A stretch of 64,000 bases of DNA from an uncultured Rhodospirillales bacterium. Lineage in GTDB: Bacteria > Pseudomonadota > Alphaproteobacteria > Acetobacterales > Acetobacteraceae. This document shows, piece after piece, positions 56,573 through 64,000 of this stretch. The stretch is taken from positions 1-64,000 of the forward strand of contig CAIYSR010000001.1 in the NCBI GenBank assembly GCA_903928895.1. The letters are read 5' to 3'. Numbering within the stretch: position 1 is the first letter of the stretch; every line of letters starts with the position of its first letter. The notes beneath the pieces are model-generated. The model was not told the DNA's origin, searched no databases, and saw only the letters and a program-made list of their open reading frames with translations. The translations under genes were made by a program, and so were the position numbers.

Positions 56573-58336
56573 TTACACGCGGGAGAGAGCCTCGAAGACA
56601 TCGCCCTCGGGCGCCAGCCCTTGGATGTGAGCGCGGTGCCAAAGGGCGTAAAACAGCAACGTCCAGGCGGCGAAGCCGTGCCGGCGGGCGTTGGACCGGC
56701 GGAACAGCGCCTCGACCTTGTCGGGGTAGGCAATCTCGGCCACGCCGGGCTGGGCGGCGACGAGCTTGCCCAGTCGTGCGCCTTGGTTCCCGATCCATTG
56801 GCCGATCGGCACGGTGAAACCCTGCTTGGGGGCGAAGGGCTGGGCGGCCGGGCAGTTCTGTTCGAGCCATCGGCGCAGGATCCATTTGCCCATGCCTTTG
56901 TTGACCTTCAGTGCATCGGGCAGCAGGAACGCTGCCGCGGCAATGCCCTTGTCGAGGAAGGGGGTGCGGCCCTCGACGGCGTGGGCCATCAGGCCGCGAT
57001 CGATCTTGATCAGCAGATCGTTCGGCAGCCAGTCTGCCATGTCGATTTCCTGGGCGACCATCAGCCGGGTGCGGCCGGGCCGGGTGGCCTGGGCCTCTGC
57101 CGCCAGCATGCCGTCGCGCCAGGCGCCGGGGTGCTGGCGCAGAACCCGTACGCGGTCGAAATTGCCGCGCGCGCGCATTACTTTGCCGCCGAGCCACCAC
57201 GGCCGCATTGCCGTGCGGTAGCGCCCGTAGCCGCCGAAAATCTCGTCGCCACCCTCGCCCGAGAGCACCACCTTGACGTCTTGCACGGCGCGGCGGGCAA
57301 GGAACCAGGTGGGGATGATGGCGTAGTCGGCGACCGGGTCATCTAGGCAGGCGATGATTTCCGGGAGATGGCGCCAGACCATCGCCTCGCTGACCTCGAT
57401 CGTCTCGTGGCGGGCGCCGAGCGCGCGCGCCACCACGGCGGCCTGCTCGCGCTCGTCAGCGGCACCGGGATGGGCGAAGCCGGCGGTGAAGGCCAGCACC
57501 GGCTTGTCGTTGAGCCGGGCCATGAGGGTCAGCAGGGTCGCGCTGTCGATCCCGCCAGAGAGGAACATGCCGTATGGGACGTCGGAACGCTGGTGCAGGT
57601 CGACGCTTTCCTCGAGCGCCCGGTCAAGCCGGGCCAGGGCGTCGGCCTCGGAGATCGTCTCCGGCGGGCCGTCAGGCAGGGCGGCGAGGCGGGTTCGCTC
57701 GACGATCTGACCGTCCCGGCAATGCAGAGTCTCGCCCGGCAGTAGCCGGTGGATGCCGGGAAAGATGGTCTCGGCGCCGGTGGTGAACTGGATCTGGAAC
57801 AGCTCGTCGCGCGCCTGCGGGCGGACCGCGCGGCTGACCAGTCCGGCATTGAGAAGCGCCTGCGGCTCGGAGGCGAAGGCGAGCCCGCCGGTGATGGCGG
57901 CGTAGTAGAGCGGCTTGATACCGAACGGATCGCGGGTGAGGGTGACAGAGCGGGTTGCCCGGTCATGGATGGCGATGGCGTACATGCCCCGCAATGCGCT
58001 GGCGTAAGCCGGGCCCTGGCGCAGCCACAAGTGCAGCGGCGGTTCGCAGTCGCTGTTGGAGGAGAACGCGACCTCCGGCATGTCGCGGCGCAGTTCACGA
58101 TAATTGTAGAACTCGCCGTTGGCGACCAGGGCGGCCGAGCCGGCGAACAGCGGCTGGTCGCCGGTGACCAGATCGATGATCGAAAGCCGATTGTGCACCA
58201 GCACCACGCGGCCGACCATGGTGTGGCCGGAGCCGTCAGGTCCGCGATGGGCGATGGCGCGGGTCAGCGCCTCGATCACCGCCGGGTCGGGCGGCGGCGC
58301 GTCGGGCGAGAGCACCAGTCCGGCGATTCCGCACAT
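56573..58336 (-). CDS. asnB: Asparagine synthase (glutamine-hydrolysing) family amidotransferase.
   Basis: N-terminal MCGIAG nucleophile and PP-loop SGGIDS. Confidence 0.85.
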   Translation of the reverse strand: MCGIAGLVLSPDAPPPDPAVIEALTRAIAHRGPDGSGHTMVGRVVLVHNRLSIIDLVTGDQPLFAGSAALVANGEFYNYRELRRDMPEVAFSSNSDCEPPLHLWLRQGPAYASALRGMYAIAIHDRATRSVTLTRDPFGIKPLYYAAITGGLAFASEPQALLNAGLVSRAVRPQARDELFQIQFTTGAETIFPGIHRLLPGETLHCRDGQIVERTRLAALPDGPPETISEADALARLDRALEESVDLHQRSDVPYGMFLSGGIDSATLLTLMARLNDKPVLAFTAGFAHPGAADEREQAAVVARALGARHETIEVSEAMVWRHLPEIIACLDDPVADYAIIPTWFLARRAVQDVKVVLSGEGGDEIFGGYGRYRTAMRPWWLGGKVMRARGNFDRVRVLRQHPGAWRDGMLAAEAQATRPGRTRLMVAQEIDMADWLPNDLLIKIDRGLMAHAVEGRTPFLDKGIAAAAFLLPDALKVNKGMGKWILRRWLEQNCPAAQPFAPKQGFTVPIGQWIGNQGARLGKLVAAQPGVAEIAYPDKVEALFRRSNARRHGFAAWTLLFYALWHRAHIQGLAPEGDVFEALSRV

Positions 58337-58440
58337 CAGGCGTGGTCAGGAGTGAGGAGCAATGGGCGCATGGCGATCCTCTAGCATTGTCGCCGCTGCC
58401 ATGTCTTGCGCAGTTCGCGGGGCGCGACCATTTCGGAGGG

Positions 58441-59259
58441 ATGACCCAACTCGCTTTCCTCCCGGCCCGCGGCGTGATCGAGATCAGCGGCGACGACCGC
58501 ATCGGCTTCCTGCAGGGCCTGGTGTCGAACGACGTGGCGCTGGCCGGGCCCGGCCGCGCGGTGTGGGCTGCGCTATTGACGCCGCAGGGCAAGTGGCTGG
58601 CGGATTTTTTCATCTTCGCCACGCCTGACCGCCTGCTGCTCGACGTCGAGCGCGGCCAGGTCGCGGGGGTGGTCCAGCACCTCGGCCGCTTCCGGTTGCG
58701 CGCGAAGGTGGCGCTGCGCGATCTGTCGGATGCACTCCTGGTTCATGCTGCTTGGGGCATTGTGCCGCCCGAGAAGCCGGAGGGCGGGGAGCGCGCGCCC
58801 GACCCGCGGCTGCCCCAGGCCGGTTGGCGGCTGCTGGCGCCGGAGCGGCTGGCAGCGACCGCGACGGCGGAGGACTGGAACGCGCATCGGCTGGCGCTCG
58901 GATTGCCCGACGGCTCGGCCGATCTGGAGGCCGAGAAATCGGTGCTGCTGGAGGCCGGGTTCGATGAGCTGAACGGAGTTTCGTGGTCGAAGGGCTGCTA
59001 CATGGGGCAGGAACTGACCGCGCGCACCAAGTATCGCGGCCTGATAAAGCGGCGCCTGGTCCCCGTCACACTGGACGGCAAGGCGCCGCCGCCGGGCACC
59101 CCGGTGCTGCGGGACGGAGCCGAAGTCGGCACGTTGCGCTCCACGCTGGGCGCTGCCGGCCTCGCGACATTAAGGCTCGACGCGCTGGCAGGGCCACTGG
59201 CCTGCGGCTCGGCGACTCTGCGGGCCGCGCTCCCGGGTTGGATGCGGCTTCCAAGCTGA
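58441..59259 (+). CDS. ygfZ: YgfZ/CAF17-family folate-binding protein (GcvT-like fold).
   Basis: Motif KGCYMGQELTARTKYRG near the C-terminus and GcvT-like N-terminal domain. Confidence 0.8.
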   Translation: MTQLAFLPARGVIEISGDDRIGFLQGLVSNDVALAGPGRAVWAALLTPQGKWLADFFIFATPDRLLLDVERGQVAGVVQHLGRFRLRAKVALRDLSDALLVHAAWGIVPPEKPEGGERAPDPRLPQAGWRLLAPERLAATATAEDWNAHRLALGLPDGSADLEAEKSVLLEAGFDELNGVSWSKGCYMGQELTARTKYRGLIKRRLVPVTLDGKAPPPGTPVLRDGAEVGTLRSTLGAAGLATLRLDALAGPLACGSATLRAALPGWMRLPS

Positions 59260-59292
59260 CGCGGGGGACGAACATGACCGGTTATCAATTCA

Positions 59293-59319
59293 TTAGCACT
59301 CTGGCGCGAAGAGTGCCAC
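59293..59319. promoter_or_regulatory. CIRCE-like HrcA operator, copy 1 (imperfect right arm).
   Basis: TTAGCACTC-tggcgcgaa-GAGTGCcAc against the consensus TTAGCACTC-N9-GAGTGCTAA. Confidence 0.55.
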
Positions 59320-59357
59320 GACGCTCTTGACTCGGCCGGACGCAGAGCCTAGATGCG

Positions 59358-59384
59358 CTGGCACTCCCGATGCGGGAGTGCTAA
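59358..59384. promoter_or_regulatory. CIRCE-like HrcA operator, copy 2 (imperfect left arm), 68 bp upstream of groES.
   Basis: cTgGCACTC-ccgatgcgg-GAGTGCTAA. Between the copies, CTTGAC (59326-59331) and CCTAGAT (59348-59354) resemble an RpoH-type promoter (CTTG-N18-CYTATNT). Confidence 0.65.
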
Positions 59385-59451
59385 CAAACCTGAAACCGCG
59401 GCCGGCCAGACCATCGCGCCGTCCGCAAGCACCATTCATGGAGCGATCCGA

Positions 59452-59760
59452 ATGAAGTTCCGTCCCCTGCATGACCGGGTCGTGGTCCGTCGGCTCAAGG
59501 CCGAGGAAAAGACCGCCGGCGGCATCATCATCCCCGACACTGCTGCTGAGAAGCCGATGGAAGGCGAAGTCATCGCTGCCGGTGCCGGCGCCCGCAACGA
59601 GACCGGCGCTGTCGTCGCCCTCGATGTGAAGGCTGGCGACCGCGTTCTGTTCGGCAAGTGGTCGGGCACCGAAGTCAAGATCGACGGCGAAGAGCTGTTG
59701 ATCATGAAGGAGTCCGACATCATGGGCATCATCGAAGGCGCTCCGGCGAAGAAGAAGTAA
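59452..59760 (+). CDS. groES: Co-chaperonin GroES.
   Basis: [14 protein letters not shown]...[11 protein letters not shown]... Confidence 0.95.
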   Translation: MKFRPLHDRVVVRRLKAEEKTAGGIIIPDTAAEKPMEGEVIAAGAGARNETGAVVALDVKAGDRVLFGKWSGTEVKIDGEELLIMKESDIMGIIEGAPAKKK

Positions 59761-61467
<1,707 letters not shown>

Positions 61468-61511
61468 TGTCGCGATCACCGATCCCTGCCGGGATCGGGT
61501 CAGTCGAAAAG

Positions 61512-61542
61512 GGGGCGGACCGCAAGGTCCGCCCCTTTTTTT
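61512..61542 (+). terminator. Rho-independent terminator after groEL.
   Basis: ggggcggacc-gcaa-ggtccgcccc followed by a TTTTTTT run. Confidence 0.85.
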
Positions 61543-61772
61543 CGCCGATCCTGCTCCGGAATACGTTCGCATTGCAGTTGCGATTGACTCCCTGCCATAT
61601 TTCTGCGCCAACTCTGGGTTGCAATCGGAATTTCGGCTAGGCTTGCTGCGCTCTCCGTCGGTTCCCGGGTTCAAATCCGGTGCCAGGTGCCTTCAAGACA
61701 CTCCCAAGGCCCGGTTGTCTGACGTGCCACGTGCTTTTGCGTGGTGCCTGAGACGGAGAAGGTAAGGCAGCT

Positions 61773-61976
61773 ATGGCTATCGGTACTGTAAAGTGGTTCA
61801 ACACCACCAAGGGCTTCGGGTTCATCATGCCGCAGGACGGGGGCAAGGACGTTTTCGTCCATATCACCGCCGTGCAAGCCGCTGGACTGCGTGGCCTGAA
61901 CGAGGGGCAGAAGGTCAGCTACGACGTGGCGATGGAGCGGGGCAAAGCCGCCGCCACCAATCTTAAGCTCGCCTGA
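61773..61976 (+). CDS. cspA: Cold-shock protein (CspA family), copy 1.
   Basis: [34 protein letters not shown]...RNP1/RNP2 motifs. Confidence 0.9.
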   Translation: MAIGTVKWFNTTKGFGFIMPQDGGKDVFVHITAVQAAGLRGLNEGQKVSYDVAMERGKAAATNLKLA

Positions 61977-62160
61977 CACTTTAGCGAACAAGGGCAGATC
62001 GTCCGGAACCGTCCAACTCCCGAGGGCTGGCAAGCGACAGTTCATGTGCGGGGGTTGTTTGCGTTTCCGGGATTAGCTTCTGCCTTTGAACTGAACGACT
62101 GCAAACGCAACCCGCCCCAGGACGCTGCGGCGGACCAACACTCCCAGGAGTACACTACGA

Positions 62161-62364
62161 ATGGCTATCGGTACTGTTAAGTGGTTCAACACCACCAAGG
62201 GCTTTGGCTTCATCATGCCGCAGGACGGCGGCAAGGATGTGTTCGTTCACATCACGGCCGTGCAGGCTGCCGGTCTGCGTGGCCTGAACGACGGCCAGAA
62301 GGTCAGCTACGACGTTGCCATGGAGCGCGGCAAGGCCGCCGCCACCAACCTCAAGCTGGCCTAA
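62161..62364 (+). CDS. cspA: Cold-shock protein (CspA family), copy 2 (66/67 aa identical to copy 1).
   Basis: Same protein apart from E53D. The DNA differs at many synonymous sites. Confidence 0.9.
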   Translation: MAIGTVKWFNTTKGFGFIMPQDGGKDVFVHITAVQAAGLRGLNDGQKVSYDVAMERGKAAATNLKLA

Positions 62365-62405
62365 TTCGACCGGGCGCACGCCCGATCGAAGCCACGCGAC
62401 GATCA

Positions 62406-62442
62406 GGGCCGCTCACGCTTCGGCGGGGCGGCCCTTTTCTTT
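62406..62442 (+). terminator. Rho-independent terminator after the second csp gene.
   Basis: gggccgc...gcggccc stem followed by TTTTCTTT. Confidence 0.7.
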
Positions 62443-62469
62443 GCCCGCCACCCGGGCGATGCTGGCACC

Positions 62470-63426
62470 ATGTTCACCCTTACCGAGCTCGAAGCCGCCG
62501 CCGCCCTCGTGCATGCGGCCTTTCCCCCTACCCCGTCCTATGCCTGGCCCCTCCTCGCGGCCCGGGCAGGTAGCGAAGTCTGGGTCAAGCATGAGAACCA
62601 CACCCCGACCGGGGCCTTCAAGGTCCGCGGCGGGATCACCTATTTCGACCGGCTTAAACGCGAGCGACCGCATGTCCAGGGCGTGGTGTCGGCGACGCGC
62701 GGCAACCACGGCCAATCCCTCGCATTCGCCGGCGCCCGCGTCGGGGTCCCGGTCACCATCGTCGTGCCCCACGGCAACAGTTCCGAGAAGAACGCCGCGA
62801 TGCGGGCGCAGGGCGCCACGTTGGTGGAGCATGGCGAGGACTTCGATGCCGCCCGCATCCATGCAAAGGAACTGGCCGCGCGTGACGAACTCGAATTCGC
62901 CCCATCATTTCATCCGGATCTCGTCGTCGGCGTGGCCACCTGGGCGCTCGAGCTTTTCCGTAACGCGCCTCCGCTCGACGCGCTCTACGTTCCGATCGGC
63001 CTCGGCTCGGGCATCTGCGGTGCCATCATCGCGCGCGACCTGCTCGGCCTGAAAACTGAAATCATCGGCGTGCAATCCGCCGGTGCCCCCGCCTACGCCC
63101 TTTCGTTCACCGCCGGGCATGTCGTCGAAACCCAACGCGCCGACACCAAAGCCGACGGCATGGCCACCCGCATTCCCGACCCGGACGCCCTGGCGCGCAT
63201 TCGTCGCGGCGCCTCCCATATCGTTACCGTCAGCGATGACGAAGTCGCCGCCGCCATTCGCGCCTACTGGACTGACACCCATAATCTGGCCGAAGGCGCC
63301 GGCGCGGCGCCACTGGCCGCCCTGCTTCAGGAAGGTCGCCAAAACCAACGCCTCGGCGCAGTCCTCTGCGGCGGCAACATCGACCTCGCGCTGTTCCACC
63401 GCTGGGTGCTAGGGGCGCCAGCTTAG
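62470..63426 (+). CDS. PLP-dependent threonine/serine dehydratase-family protein.
   Basis: PLP-lysine motif region TGAFKVRGG and a Gly-rich loop typical of fold-type II enzymes. Confidence 0.75.
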   Translation: MFTLTELEAAAALVHAAFPPTPSYAWPLLAARAGSEVWVKHENHTPTGAFKVRGGITYFDRLKRERPHVQGVVSATRGNHGQSLAFAGARVGVPVTIVVPHGNSSEKNAAMRAQGATLVEHGEDFDAARIHAKELAARDELEFAPSFHPDLVVGVATWALELFRNAPPLDALYVPIGLGSGICGAIIARDLLGLKTEIIGVQSAGAPAYALSFTAGHVVETQRADTKADGMATRIPDPDALARIRRGASHIVTVSDDEVAAAIRAYWTDTHNLAEGAGAAPLAALLQEGRQNQRLGAVLCGGNIDLALFHRWVLGAPA

Positions 63427-63501
63427 AAAACGCCGTCCTAAGCGCCGCTTGTGCGGCGAGGAGGGCGCCTCGCCTTGCTTTGTTCGCTGCGCTCCGCGCC
63501 C

Positions 63502-64000
63502 TCAGTGGTAGACGAAAGCCGCGTCGTCGAGGTTGATCTTCGGGAATTCGTCTTTTTCGTTCCAATAGTCCTGGGTATGCGCCCAATCCGGTTTGTCGCC
63601 GCGCTTGGGCAGCAGGTGCATGCCGCGCATGAGATAGCCCGGGTTGAAGTTGGTTTCGTCGATCCAGGGCAGGATCTGCATGTTGTGGTCTTCTGGCCGC
63701 AGCGCGGGGACGACGCTTTTCTTGCCCTTCGCCTCCATGTGTTTCAACAGGCGGCAGACGAAATCGCCCACCAGGTCGGCCCGCAAGGTCCAGCTCGCGC
63801 GGAAGTAGCCGAACACCCAGACCATGTTCGGCATGCCGGTGAACATCATGCCGCGATAGGTCACGGTGTCGGCGAAGTCGAGCTGGCGGCCGTCGATGAC
63901 GAATTCGATGTCGCCGAGCACGCTGAGGTTGAAGCCGGTGGCGGTTACGATGACGTCGGCTTCGAGTTCGCGGCCTGATTTCAGCAGGATTCCCTTCTCG
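63502..64000 (-). CDS. Flavin-containing / Baeyer-Villiger-type monooxygenase; only the C-terminal part is in the window and its 5' end lies beyond the window edge.
   Basis: Class B flavoprotein-monooxygenase C-terminal pattern (ATGF...ATG motif, ...DETNFNPGYL...). The frame stays open to the window edge (EKGILLKSGRELEADVIVTATGFNLSVLGDIEF...). Confidence 0.65.
   Translation of the reverse strand, partial: EKGILLKSGRELEADVIVTATGFNLSVLGDIEFVIDGRQLDFADTVTYRGMMFTGMPNMVWVFGYFRASWTLRADLVGDFVCRLLKHMEAKGKKSVVPALRPEDHNMQILPWIDETNFNPGYLMRGMHLLPKRGDKPDWAHTQDYWNEKDEFPKINLDDAAFVYH

Noticed and set aside
59353-59451. N-terminal 33-aa extension of the GroES ORF ([18 protein letters not shown]...).
   Set aside because: It is a translation of the CIRCE/leader region. 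Canonical GroES starts at [12 protein letters not shown] (59452).
61640-61700. tRNA-like T-arm sequence GGTTCAAATCC in the csp1 leader.
   Set aside because: The flanking bases do not form a 5-bp T-stem (49-65 and 51-63 pairs fail), and no acceptor, D or anticodon arms can be drawn. It is a chance motif within the 5' UTR.

Overview
This window is a high-GC (roughly 68-70%) stretch of what reads as an alphaproteobacterial chromosome; GroEL, GyrB and the ChpT/CckA-type proteins look Rhodospirillales/Acetobacteraceae-like, but that is only a guess from protein flavour. Dense, well-conserved housekeeping genes dominate: livMGF, der-bamB-yfgM, maeB, galU-pmm, rpmB, moaA, dnaN-recF-gyrB, degP-gpx, asnB, groESL and two tandem csp genes. 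Between them sit pockets that look accessory or regulatory. A ChpT-like histidine phosphotransferase gene lies directly in front of an MCP-less che cluster (cheA-REC hybrid, cheW, cheY, cheB, cheR). A zinc-homeostasis neighbourhood holds a COG0523 GTPase, a CDF exporter, an M20 hydrolase and an orphan ZnuA-like binding protein with a Zur-box-like AT site, but no znuBC. A 1067-aa adenylate-cyclase/STAND-ATPase/TPR protein is present. A PEP-CTERM secreted protein sits next to an OmpA-family protein carrying three internal ~120-aa repeats. A gentisate-dioxygenase-like cupin is translationally coupled to an MFS transporter, with a 3-oxoacid CoA-transferase pair just upstream. Several non-coding signals are unusual: an AT-only symmetric palindrome complex next to the COG0523 gene; a perfect 10-3-10 palindrome and a long hairpin in a 347-bp convergent intergenic gap; tandem CIRCE operators around a sigma32-like promoter upstream of groESL; and a structured moaA leader. 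The long ORFs antisense to conserved genes are GC-frame artefacts. No rRNA, tRNA, CRISPR array or obvious mobile element was found.
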